Shown: positions 45,056 through 55,900 of the stretch, piece after piece
Layout of the letters: each line of letters starts with the position of its first letter
Position numbering within the stretch: the first letter of the stretch is position 1
Assembly: GCA_965644315.1 (NCBI GenBank)
Contig: CBFFRQ010000052.1
Coordinates: forward strand, 186,001-250,000
Length of the DNA stretch: 64,000 nt
DNA from: Caecitellus pseudoparvulus
Lineage: Eukaryota; Protista; Bigyra: Bicosoecida
Direction of reading: 5' to 3'
Program-made: the position numbers and the translations under genes
The notes under the pieces: generated by a model
Seen by the model: only the letters and a program-made list of their open reading frames with translations
What the model was told of the DNA's origin: nothing
The model's database searches: none

Positions 45056-45474
45056 ATGGCAGCGGCGTCCCTGGTGCCAGCCACGGCCAAGCTAGACAAG
45101 GACGCATTCTTCGAGGGCCTCAAGGCGGCCGTGGCTGCTTGTTCCTCGGCAGGCTCTGTTCGGGTTACGTTCAAGAGCGGTGCGTGCAGCACCACCACGC
45201 CTGAGGGGAGCCTGCAGCTTGGAGTGTGTTACACGCGTTTCACCCTGGCGTTTCGCAGTCGTGACTGCCGCTGAGGCTGGCACCCTTGTCAGGGCGGCTA
45301 CACCACACACAAAACTGTCCACAATTGTGAGAAAACTCAGCTTGCCTGACCTAGATGCGGCAGCGCGTTGCACCGGCGTGCCCTGGCTTGCCCGCGCAGG
45401 TCTCGTCAGCAGCCATGGCTTCGTTCAGCGAGGAGCTGCACGGCATCCTCAGTGCCGCTGGCCCGCAAGCCTGA
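45056..45474 (+). CDS. SRP14: Signal recognition particle 14 kDa subunit (88 aa, 3 exons)
   Basis: Exons 45056-45179, 45259-45326, 45400-45474 give LDKDAFFEGL...GSVRVTFKS...TLVRAAT..TKLSTIVSSAAMASFSEELHGIL. This matches the SRP14 GSV.(I/V)T.K / L.RAT / K.STVV pattern. Confidence 0.8.
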
Positions 45475-45489
45475 ACTCCCCGAACATGT

Positions 45490-45499
45490 CAATGCATTG
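45490..45499. terminator. Palindromic CAATGCATTG between convergent SRP14 and kinase stops; candidate bidirectional 3'-end signal
   Basis: Perfect 10-bp palindrome in a 34-nt gap. The same core follows most stop codons in the window. Confidence 0.6.
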
Positions 45500-45508
45500 C
45501 CACGTCAA

Positions 45509-48091
45509 TCACCGCAGGGAGAGGGCACTCCAGTCCAGCGGCTGCTTCTTCGGCTTGCCTTGCTTGCGCACTCCGGTCCGGGAACGCAAAGCTGGCCCCG
45601 TCCAGGCACGCTCAGGCACTTGCACGGGCAGGGGCTGCTGTGCAGTGGCACGGGCGGCCTGGCCTGGCGCCGCCTTGCCCACGGCAGCGATCCAGGGGGA
45701 AACTGGCTTCCTCGGCATGGCAGCCGATGCAGCGGAGGAGTCCACATCCACCCGCATGCCTCGCAGCAAGCCCCGCGCTTGCCCTCCTCGCATGGGCAGC
45801 GCAGCTGGTGCGGGCTGGCCAGCCACATCCCGCGGCTGTTGCCCCGCGGCCAGGGCCGCCCAAAACCCGCTGGCTTTGTACGGCTGCTCTGCTGGCTTGG
45901 CGGAGGGCCGTGCTGGCTGCACGGCAGCGGTGGCGCCTGCACGCTGGCACTGCCCACTGCTCCCAGGCGGCGTGTGCAAGGCACTCTTCGGAGTGTGTCT
46001 CGGTGGGACATCGGCTGGCAAGGCAGGGGGCAGCGCTTCGGTTGCCTTGGTTGCCGTGCGCAGTGCGGTTGGGGAGGGAGCTGCCTGTTGCGCAGTGGTT
46101 TTCTTTCCCAAGCCCACTGGAACGGGCGCCGGCGGAACCCCCTTGGCAACTCCGCCACCACCAGCCCCTTTGCGTTTCTTCCGGCCCCCTCCTTTGCGCC
46201 CCTTGCTTCGGGCACCTGCGGCTTGGGCCTCCTTGGCCCTCGCCGCCGCCAGGGCTGCTTCTTGTGCTGCTGCTTCTGCCGCCGCTGCCGCAGCTTCTGC
46301 TTCAGCTGCAAGCTCCGCTCTGCGCTGCGTATCATATGCCTGGACCCAGTCCGCGACGGTGCTCGGCGTCGGTGCGTGTGGCGTGACTTCAGAGGGTCCA
46401 GGTGGGGCGCCGTCTTCGCCCCCCCCGAAGCTGTACAGCGAGCTGTACTCACCCTCCAGGTCGGGGTGCACGAAGCTGAAGCCCCTGAAGCGGCCAGGCG
46501 GCGGAGGCAGCGCCTCTTGCTCCTGGTCAACGCTGGAGGAGGGTCCAGGTGAAGGGGTTGGTGATGGCGCCGCCGCACGGTGTGCCGAGGACACGCCAGC
46601 CTTGCCCACCACCACCCTGCCCGTCGCAGCATCGTCGAGGAGTGGCAGGGAGGTGAACTCGGCGTCGAAGTTGGTGACGTCGGTGTCGCTCACCACTTCA
46701 ACGCGCATGGGCGCAGGCACAGCCTTGGCCGCCAACGCATGCCAGTCCAAGCCCTTGAACAGCCCGTGCTGCTTCAAACCCGCGACGCCGCCGACGGTGA
46801 AGCGGGAGCCACTGCGTGCCCCCATGCGCTGCTCTGGCGAGCGCTCCAGCAGCCCCTGCAGCAGGGACTTGGCCTTGGGCCGCAGGTGGCGGGGCCACTG
46901 CACCGGTGCACTGAGGATCTTGCGGTACAGCGCCTGGTGGTCCTTGCCCTCGAAGGGGGGGCGCCCCGTCAACATCTCGTACAGCACCGCGCCCAGACTC
47001 CACCAGTCCACGGCAGAGGTGTAGCCACCCTCTGGCTTGGCCACCATCTCCGGCGCCATGTACTCAGTCGTGCCGCACAGGGTGCGTGTTCGCCCGGTGC
47101 CTACCACCTTGGCCAGGCCGTAGTCTGTCAGCTGCACGTGGCCTTGTGCGTCCAGCAAGATGTTTTCTGGCTTCAGGTCGCGGTGGATGATGCCGAGGGA
47201 GTGCAGGTGCTCCAGGGCCAGCGCCATCTCCGCGGCGTAAACCACCACCGCATCCGTCGGCAGCAGGCCGTGCCGCCCGATGTGCGCCAGCATGTCGCCA
47301 CCAGCTGCAAAGTCCATGACCAAGTACAGACTGGCTGGCGTCTGGAAGGCGAAGCGCAGGCCCACCAGGAAGGGGTGCCGCACTGCCGCCATAATGTTGC
47401 GCTCGACGTGGGAGTAGTCCACCTGCCCCCGCCGCACCAGGTACGCCTTGTCCGCGACCTTCATCGCGTACACGGCTCGCGTGCCCTTGTGTCGCACGAG
47501 CAGCACTTTGCCGTACGCCCCACGCCCGATCACGCGCAGCAGGTCAAAGTGCTCTGGCGCGACACGCTGCCCTGGCGCAAGCATTGCCCCACGCACGGCA
47601 CTGCTGTCTGCGGCGTTCTCAGGCAGCAGGCGCCTGCGTGACAGGTTCGCTGCTCGTTGCTCTTCTAGGCGCTGCACAGCGGTGGGCACGCCGGCTGCGG
47701 TGGCTGCTGCGGGCCCTGCCGCGGCCTCCCCTGCCCTGTCGCCTGCGGGCTTGCTCGTTTCCTGGCTCGACGCGCTGGAGCTGGCTTGCCCGGCAGCAGG
47801 CGTGGTTCCACGGCAGCCTGGCGTGGAGGGCTGACCAGGGTCTTGGGGAGTGATGGGATCAAGGGCGTCCTGTCCAGCCTGCGTGATAGGGCCGTTGGGG
47901 ACGGAGGAAGTCATGATTGCCCAGTCCTCTGCGCACGGCACAGAAAGGGACTGGAGGCCTCCCTTGGTTCGGTGCTCCCTGGAAGTCTCAACGGTGGCTT
48001 GGGACGCTCCTCGACCCTCCAGTAGAACATCCAGAAGACGAGTCTGGTCTACGTGGGCGCCGTCCCCGCTGTTGGCCTCTGCACTGGCCAT
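45509..48091 (-). CDS. AGC-family Ser/Thr kinase, p70 S6K-like (~860 aa)
   Basis: FDLLRVIGRGAYGKV, YAMKV, HPFLVGLRFAFQT, HRDLKPEN, DYG, TLCGTTEYMAPE, AVDWWSLG. AGC tail NFDAEFT and hydrophobic motif FRGFSF. Start codon approximate. Confidence 0.9.
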   Translation of the reverse strand: MASAEANSGDGAHVDQTRLLDVLLEGRGASQATVETSREHRTKGGLQSLSVPCAEDWAIMTSSVPNGPITQAGQDALDPITPQDPGQPSTPGCRGTTPAAGQASSSASSQETSKPAGDRAGEAAAGPAAATAAGVPTAVQRLEEQRAANLSRRRLLPENAADSSAVRGAMLAPGQRVAPEHFDLLRVIGRGAYGKVLLVRHKGTRAVYAMKVADKAYLVRRGQVDYSHVERNIMAAVRHPFLVGLRFAFQTPASLYLVMDFAAGGDMLAHIGRHGLLPTDAVVVYAAEMALALEHLHSLGIIHRDLKPENILLDAQGHVQLTDYGLAKVVGTGRTRTLCGTTEYMAPEMVAKPEGGYTSAVDWWSLGAVLYEMLTGRPPFEGKDHQALYRKILSAPVQWPRHLRPKAKSLLQGLLERSPEQRMGARSGSRFTVGGVAGLKQHGLFKGLDWHALAAKAVPAPMRVEVVSDTDVTNFDAEFTSLPLLDDAATGRVVVGKAGVSSAHRAAAPSPTPSPGPSSSVDQEQEALPPPPGRFRGFSFVHPDLEGEYSSLYSFGGGEDGAPPGPSEVTPHAPTPSTVADWVQAYDTQRRAELAAEAEAAAAAAEAAAQEAALAAARAKEAQAAGARSKGRKGGGRKKRKGAGGGGVAKGVPPAPVPVGLGKKTTAQQAAPSPTALRTATKATEALPPALPADVPPRHTPKSALHTPPGSSGQCQRAGATAAVQPARPSAKPAEQPYKASGFWAALAAGQQPRDVAGQPAPAALPMRGGQARGLLRGMRVDVDSSAASAAMPRKPVSPWIAAVGKAAPGQAARATAQQPLPVQVPERAWTGPALRSRTGVRKQGKPKKQPLDWSALSLR

Positions 48092-48338
48092 GGCGCCGTG
48101 CAGCGAGCGCGAGGGAGTTTCGTGAAACGCCGCCTGGCCTGCTTTTCGCACCCGTCCACGTCGTGCGGGGGGGGCACCCAGCCACTGGCGTGCGGCGTGC
48201 ATGAAACTCGCCAAAAGTAATAACAACAGCTCATGAAGGCTTCCGACATATGTACACAAGGCTCTTGTGCTGTCAGCGCTGCACGGCGAAGCCCGAGGCC
48301 GCACGTCAGCCTTGCATCAGGTGTCGAAATCCGCAAGC

Positions 48339-49887
48339 ATGGCTCGCCCTTCCCAGCCTTCCGACGAAGTCATTGTCGTTGGAGCTGGCATCGCGGGGTG
48401 CTTCCTGGCACTCTTCCTTGCTCGCCGGGGATACAAGGTGCAGGTGCTCGAGAAGCGCCCTGATTTCCGGGTGAAGGTCTCAGACGACACAGATGCGTGA
48501 GTGGCGGCGTGGTGCTGGAAGCCCCTGCAGCCAAGCCAGGCCGCTGCCTCTGCCCACGCGCAGGACGTTTGGGGCTGCCACAGACTCCCAGAAGCGGTCC
48601 ATCAACCTGGCCCTGTCGCACCGCACGCAGTGTGCGTTGCGGCAGTTGGGCTTGGAGGACGCCGTCATGGCTGGCGTGGTGCCCATGCGCTGCCGGGCCA
48701 TGCACGCTGAGGACGGCTCCCTGTTCACGCAGCCGTACGGCACGCCGGAGCAGGCCATTTTCTCAGTGCCCCGCACGGGCCTGAACGAGGTGTTGCTGAA
48801 TGCCGCCGAGGCGGAGGGCGTGGTCTTCTCCTTCGACACGGCACTGCTGCGTGTGACAGCTGACCCGGCTGCCGTGGTGAGTCGCGGCGGCGCCACTGAG
48901 GAGCTGGCGGCCAAGGCAGTGTTCGGCGCAGACGGCGCCTACTCCCGTGTGCGGGCCAGCATGATGCGCATGCAGAACATGGACTTCAACCAGCACTACA
49001 TCAAGCACGGGTACAAGGAGCTGACCATCGAGCCGGGGCCGGGTGGCGAGTGGCCCCTGCCCACCCACGAGGCCCTGCACATCTGGCCCCGGCAGGACTT
49101 CATGCTCATCGCCCTGCCCAACGCCGACAAGTCCTTCACCTGCACCCTCTTTGCGCCGTTCGAGACGTTCGCGGAGCTGGACGCGGTGCCGCCTGCGGAG
49201 CTGGTGGCGTGGTTTGAGCGGCAGTTCGGCGACGCGGTGCCGCTGCTGGGGGACATCCCCGCACAGTGGTCCGCCAACCCCACCTCCTCCCTCGTTACCA
49301 TGCGTGTCAAGCCGTGGAATGTCGGCAGCAAGGTGTGCCTGATCGGGGATGCCGCCCATGCCGTCGTGCCTTTCTACGGGCAAGGCATGAACTGCGCTGC
49401 AGAGGATGCGCTGTCCTTCGACGAGATGCTGGGCAAGTGCGGGGGCGACCTGGGCAAGGCCATTCCAGCCTGGGCTGCCGAGCGGCAGCCGGCGGGGGAT
49501 GGCCTTGCTGACCTCAGCTACGCCAACTACGCTGAAATGCGCAGCCACACCGCCGACCCTGGCTTCCTCCTGCAGAAGCGCGTGGAGGGCTGGCTGCACG
49601 CTGTGCTGCCGGAGACGTGGATCCCCCAGTACACCATGGTGGCCTTCACCCGCATCCCCTACCACGAGGCGAAGGCGCGTGCCGAAGCGCAGGACGCCAC
49701 CATTGGCACGGTAGTGGCGTCTCTCAAGGCGCTGGGGGCAGCGGTGCTGCTGGGCGGGCTTGGCTGGGCGGCCGCCCAGACAGAGCAGGGGGCGGCAGCT
49801 CTGCGCAAAGTGAAGGGTGCCGTGGGAGGTGCACTGTCCAGTGCTGGGCAGGCGCTCGCTGGCAGCCCGCCTGCGGCACGCTCCTGA
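48339..49887 (+). CDS. KMO: Kynurenine 3-monooxygenase, 2 exons
   Basis: GAGIAG FAD motif, RSINLALSHR, ADGAYSRVR, HGYKELTI, LHIWPR, GDAAHAVVPFYGQGMN, NYAEMR. C-terminal hydrophobic anchor. Confidence 0.95.
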
Positions 49888-49890
49888 GCA

Positions 49891-49902
49891 AATGCATGCA
49901 TT
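49891..49902. terminator. Palindromic AATGCATGCATT between convergent KMO and BEACH stops
   Basis: Perfect 12-bp palindrome in a 34-nt gap; AATGCA is read on both strands. Confidence 0.6.
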
Positions 49903-49921
49903 GCGGCGATGACTGGTTGGC

Positions 49922-52900
49922 TCACTTGGAGGGGCTGCTGCGCCCGCCGCTCCACAGGGAGCCAAAGACACCCTTGACGATGGAGCCCACCTCCATGGCC
50001 AGGCCACGGCCGCTGGTGGCCATCTCCGACACCGTGGAAGCACTGGCCATGGCGGCGGCGGCCACCTTGTCCCGGCCCACTGCCACGTGCTCCCCCACAG
50101 TGTCCACCAGGGCAGAGCCACGGGTGCCTGCGACACAGGGCAGCGCCGGCAGGGCGTGCACTGTCACACGCCCACCCCCACCTCCGGACACGAAGAACCC
50201 CGCACAGGGGGAGCCCGTGATGCTGCGCACGGGGCAGGCGGCGGAGCGGAAGGCGGCCAGGGGGGAGGCGTCCAGGGCGTCAAGGAGGGTGATGCCGCCG
50301 GCTGCGTCGCCCACTGCGACGACCTCCCGAGGCCCGGTCTCCCCGAAGGCACGCTTTGTGCCGCCTGCTCGAACAGCTGCCTGGAAAGCATCAGCCTGGG
50401 CGGGGCCCCAACCACCGCCCGTGGCAGTGTGTCCAGCATACCCGTTTCTGGGCGCCCGCGCGTCAAGCACGGCGAAGGCGGTGATACGGGGTGGCAGGGC
50501 GCCTTCAGGCGTGCTGGGCATGTGCCAGATGGCACTGGGCGCCTCTGCGTAAGCCCCCACTTCGTACCGCACGACGGTGGACACTTCCCCCGTCTCCCCC
50601 CCAGCTGCGATGCCGCCTGACCACGCCACCATGACACCGTTATCAGCCACGAAGGCAGCACCCACAGCCACCACAGACGTGGTGTGGTCGCTTGCGCCCG
50701 CAGGAGTCGCCCACATCCATCGGCGCAAGGGACGCCCCCTGCTCAACTCGTACAGCCAAGCCTCCCCCACATGCCCCACGACGATGGCATCGGCGGACGC
50801 TGAGATGGCCAGGCAGGTGACTGCTGGGCCTGCCACTGCCTCCTCGGGGGGTGCCCGGGGATGCATGCTGCCGTCCACCGTCCACGCCGTGTCGCTGCCC
50901 GCCACCATCAAGTCTCCCGCCTCTGCCATGCAGGCGCCCAGCAGGCGCCGGTGGGGGCGCGAGCCGGCGCATGGGCTGCGCAGGTCCATGCCCCAGCCCG
51001 CATGCAGGTGTGACACTGCCCACACCTCTGCTGAGCCGTCATCGTAGCCGACAGCCAGCCAGTCGCCATCTGGGGCCACTGCGACGCAGGAGACAGCGGC
51101 GGTGGGGGACGTGGGCGGCAGGGTCAGCCCGGCGACGACGTTCACATCCGCTGCCGTGTCTGGTTGCACGGCAGTGAGCTGCACGCCGGCGCCAGGGCCA
51201 GCGCCAACAATGGCAACTCTCCCAGAGGGAGTGAACACTGCAGGGGACAACTGCACATGTGCCGGGTGTGGGGAGGTCTGGGAGGGCGGCATCGTCCGGG
51301 CCGCCGATGCGAGGTTGGACAGCGGCACATGGAAACTCTTTGGAGGCGCCACTGCCGTGGCGACACCCATGAAGTCCTGCAAGTGCGCCAGGGGGCGCTC
51401 ATGGTGCAACGTCAGCCCCACGTGCCGGACGAGGGAGTACAGGGAGCTGGTGGTGCCGTCAGCAGCCCGCACCGTCCACCCCGTGAAGGCACCGGAGCCG
51501 GCCTCCTCCTCCCCGATGACGTACCCGACAGCCTCCCCCACCACCCCCACGGCGTCTGCAACAGTGGTGGTGGCGGCTGTGAGGGAGGAAGTCACGACAC
51601 CTGCCATGCCGCTCGGGCCAGCAGGTGGCGGGGGGGGCGGGCTGGGCAGAGGCAGGTTCACCACTGCCACCCGCAGCAGGTCCAGCTCGCCATCCGCAGA
51701 GATGCTCATGATGCGGCCGCTGGCCTCGCTGACTGTGGCCAGCGCGACAATGTCCTCCTCGCTGCCTGTGGGGGAGGAGGCGTAGCTCCAGGGGGAGCTC
51801 ATGCCCTGTGCCAGGCTTGGCAGGCGGCGCTGCGTGCCGGGGTCAGTGCTGAACAGGACGGGGTTCAGCGTGAACGCCAACGCAGAGGCAGCCTGGAAGC
51901 TCTCCCACTCACGTGGGTCAGCCACTTCCGGCAGGGCCGCCCCATTCCACGCCAAGGCGCCGGCTTCGCCCCCCTCTGCGCTGCGCTGCTGGCGGCCATG
52001 CAGGATGGCGGACAGTTTGGGGACGAGGAAGGAGTTGGTAGGGGACTGCACCGCCCACATGGCATTGGTGTGCTTCTGCAGCTGTCGTTTGAAGACTGGC
52101 TTGGCTTCCGGCTGCTCAGGCGTGGCCTCCGAAGGGCGGCCGGCAACTGGCACATCCACGCTGATCTCTGTCGTGTCCAAAGACACATGCACACGCGTGC
52201 TGAGCGGCGCCTGCAGGACCAGGGACTGGTGCACACACACCATGGCATCCATGGGCGGCGGGCATGAGCCACCCGACTCGCCTAGCGTCGCAGAGGCACC
52301 CTGCCCTGCACTTGGCCCAGGCGCCACCACTTCATCGCCGTCAGCTGTGGCTCCCTCTCCGGCTGTCACGAGGGAGGCGATGCAGCCCAGGCTGACATAC
52401 CCCGCTGGCGGAACAGCACTCCAGATACAGACTCGGTCGTCAGCACCCCCGCCAACGAGCATCTCCTGGCGTGTGTAGCCAATGGGGTATGCGAGGGGAG
52501 GAGGCGGCCCTCCCGCCCCCTCCCCACTCCCGTGCACTGGAGTGCCATCCTCACCGCACCGCAGCACGACTGCATCGCTGTCTGCAACTGCTGCGGTGAC
52601 CATGAGGGTGCAGGGTGGCGGCACACCGCCCAGGGAAATGGCATCGCCCAAGGAGTACGCGACACGCTCCTGCTCGCCCCCCAAGTCCCCTGCTACCAGC
52701 CCCGGTGCGTACACCGGGCGCCACAGAGAGTACCCGCCGTCGAGACTGCGGTGGATGCGGGCGTGGTGGAAGGTGAGCGTGACGGCCAGCGCTGCTGCAG
52801 ACACTTTGCCTTCCGCAGCAGGCGGGGGCGTGGGCTCTGGCGCCGCCGCTGCGAAGTGAGCAATGCTGCGGGCGTCACGCAGGTCAGCAGCGAGGGGGTG

Positions 52901-55900
52901 GGGCTTGGTCAAGTCTGCAGCAGCGCCCCGGCGCGGTGGGTGGGGCCGTGTCAGGAGCTGGTTTGGGATCTGGCCGTAGTGCAGGATTTGCAGCTTCAGC
53001 GCCTTGCGCACTGTGGGATCTGTCACGGCCTCCACATCCACAGCGCCCGGGTACGTGCAGTAGTAGAAGACGTTGTCTGCTTTGATTGCAGCCTCCCCCC
53101 GCTGCTTGCAGCCAAAGATGAGGTCCACCCAGGAATGCAGGCGCCCGCTGACGTGCTCACCTTCCAGGGCTTCTCGCTGAGCGGCGATGAATGCTCGTGC
53201 CCGCTGCGCGGGGGTGCGGTTTCGGGGGCGGGCGAGGTCCGGCAGCAGAGCAGAATCCCACACCTCACGGGGCACGAGGGACTTGTATGGGTACGTGTAC
53301 GTTTCCGTCCAGGGGGGCAGCTGGACGTCAGAGACAGTCGTGCCGTCCTGCGTCGTGCCAAAGTCGTAGGAGGACAGGTTCAGGAGGAAGGCGGGGGAGG
53401 TGAACCACTCTGGCGTCAACTCCTTCACCTCAGTCAGCCCCTCCGTGGCCAGGCGCCAGGACTGCTGCACGCTGGCAAAGAGGCGGTCAGGGACGTCAAA
53501 ATGTCCCTCTTGCGTCAGGGCATGGCCACCGGTAAACGGGTACAGACGCAAGAGGTAGTGCATGACGGTGCCGACGCTGGTACTGTAGTGGGAGCCGTAC
53601 ATGAAGGGCAGGATGCCTGCTGGCGCGTCTCCCGCATCAGGGTCATAGCCTCCTAGGGACTCGAAGCGGGAGCGGAACTCAGCGAGGCGGGCTCGCGTCA
53701 AGGCGCCCATGGGCCGCCGCAAGTCACGGTAAGATGCTGGGTGTGCCAGGTCCAGGTGCTGGCTGGAGTAGTCGGAGAGCACCCATGGGAAGACGGGGTA
53801 CTGGTTGGTGTCGTGCACAGTGCGCCCGGCGATGCTGTTCAGCGCCAAGAGGTAGTGCAGGTTGCTCAGCTGCCGGCTCTCCCACGCCTCCGTCAACTTC
53901 GCTTCCCGTAGCACTTCGCTGGGGCGGCTGTGGGGCGGTGCGAAGGGTACTTTGCTGGACAGCGCGACAGAGGAGCCGGCCGTGGGGGGTGACCCGCCCA
54001 AATCCTTGATCAGGTGCGACGCCACACGGTCCCGCACGTCGCGCCGGACGAAGGCGAACATGTACCGCCGTCGGCGGGGGCCACCATGCCGCGCCACTTC
54101 CACCTCCAGTGCCGTGCTCTGCAAGCAGTACGACCGCATCCACAGGCCCGCCACTTCGCGGGACGCCCAGGATATGGGGCGTGTGCGGTGAGGCGACCAT
54201 CCACACCGAGCGAGCGCCTGTTGGGTACCCACTTCCACCTCGTCGTCGCTGTCCTCGCCCTCAGCGCGCACGATGGACGGAACGTCCACCCATTCGGCTG
54301 CCACAGCGTCGCTGGTGGCGGAAGGCGCAGAGCTCGGGCGCCACACATACTTGTTGCCAGGCATGATGAACAGCGTCCCTCGTGTCGCAGCCTTGGCGTT
54401 CAGCAGGCGGGCACGCACGACCAGGGAGGCCGTGCTGCCCAGCTGCGCCACGGCCGCCTGCGCCATGGCCGCTGAAGCCAGAGCATCTGCCTCCTCCTCT
54501 TCCTCAAGCAGGAGGCTGGCGGCGCTGGCAGAGGTGCTGGAGCGGTCACGGGCTGAGTCAGGGGAGCTGCGCTCAGACACCTGCACGGCACCAGGCGAGC
54601 CACCGCTGCCAGCGCCCCCCTCTTCCTCCTCCTCTGCGTCTGAAGTCCGTTCCTCTGTCTCGTGGATGCCCCGCACAACTCCCGCAGCAGCCAGCTGGGC
54701 GGCGAGGGCCTCCTCGCCAACATCTCCCTCGGGCCCGGGCGCCGCCTGACCGCCCCCCCCGCTTTCCCCTGCGGCATTGCTGGCCGAGGAGTACTCCCCG
54801 TAACTTTGAGCGGCAAGGATGCCATCGCTGCTCTGCACCAGGCGCTGACGTGGACCCCAGGCCCCCCACTTCAGCATCACCGGTGGCGTGGCATCGTGGC
54901 TGTCAAGCTTCCACCCCGCCCCGGGGCCGCCACCCTGCTCCTCCACCAATGCAGCACTGGCGTCGAGGTGCTGCAGTGCCAGTCCCCCCTGCACGCACTC
55001 GCCGTCGACTGCCTCCACAGCCAGTGTGCCTTTCTTCGGCCCCGCGGCCACCGCCGCCTGTGCACTGCGCGACCACGGCGCAGAGGCTCGGCCCACACTC
55101 AGGCGCAGGGACGCGGCCAGCTTGGCCAACTGCCTGGCATTGGAAGCCAGCGCTTCCTCCCCAGCTCCCGCGACGCTGGCCAGGGCGGTAGCCACGCCCA
55201 ATCGGAAGAGCGCCCACACATGGTTCTTGCTCAGCTCTGCAGGAGGGGTGGGTGGCGCAGTTTCACCGGCGCCTGCTGCCCCCGGCGCCCCAGGAGTCGA
55301 GCCCACGTGCATGCTGTCGGCATGCGAATCCCAGGCAGCCGCTTCAAGCACAGGCACAGGCAAGGCCCGGAGCACAGTCTGCTCGCCGGGCTCTTCTGCA
55401 GGCGAACAGCTCTCCACCCGCTGCACGACGGCATCCACCGTGGCTTGGATGTCCTGCAGGGCGTCGGCAGCTCGCTCTGCCGTTGTGGCGTGCTGCACAG
55501 AGGGGCCCCGCGTGGGCACTGCCGGCTGCACGGCCCGATGCCTCGGCAGCATGGAGGATTGGGTGCTGGCCCCCAGCGCCTCATCCCGCCAGTGCCGAAC
55601 ATCCACCTCCAGCGGCCCAAAGCGGCTGGTGTTGAGGATCCCCATGACAACATTCCCCGCCAGCTCCTGCCACTCCCCTTGCTCCGCGTGGGCGTGTGTG
55701 TCCGGGTGCAGGGCCAGCAGAGGGGCCAGCGTGGCCAGGAGGTACAGCAGGATTTCTATGTGCGCCGTTTCACTCGTGGCACCCAGCACGCCGCCTGGCC
55801 CACCTGGCAGCTGGTACTGTACCTCTGGCGCCTGGTGACTCGTCACAGGGCCAGTAACGGAGAAGCGGTACACGTCAGGCAGGCGCTTGTGCAGGGCGTG

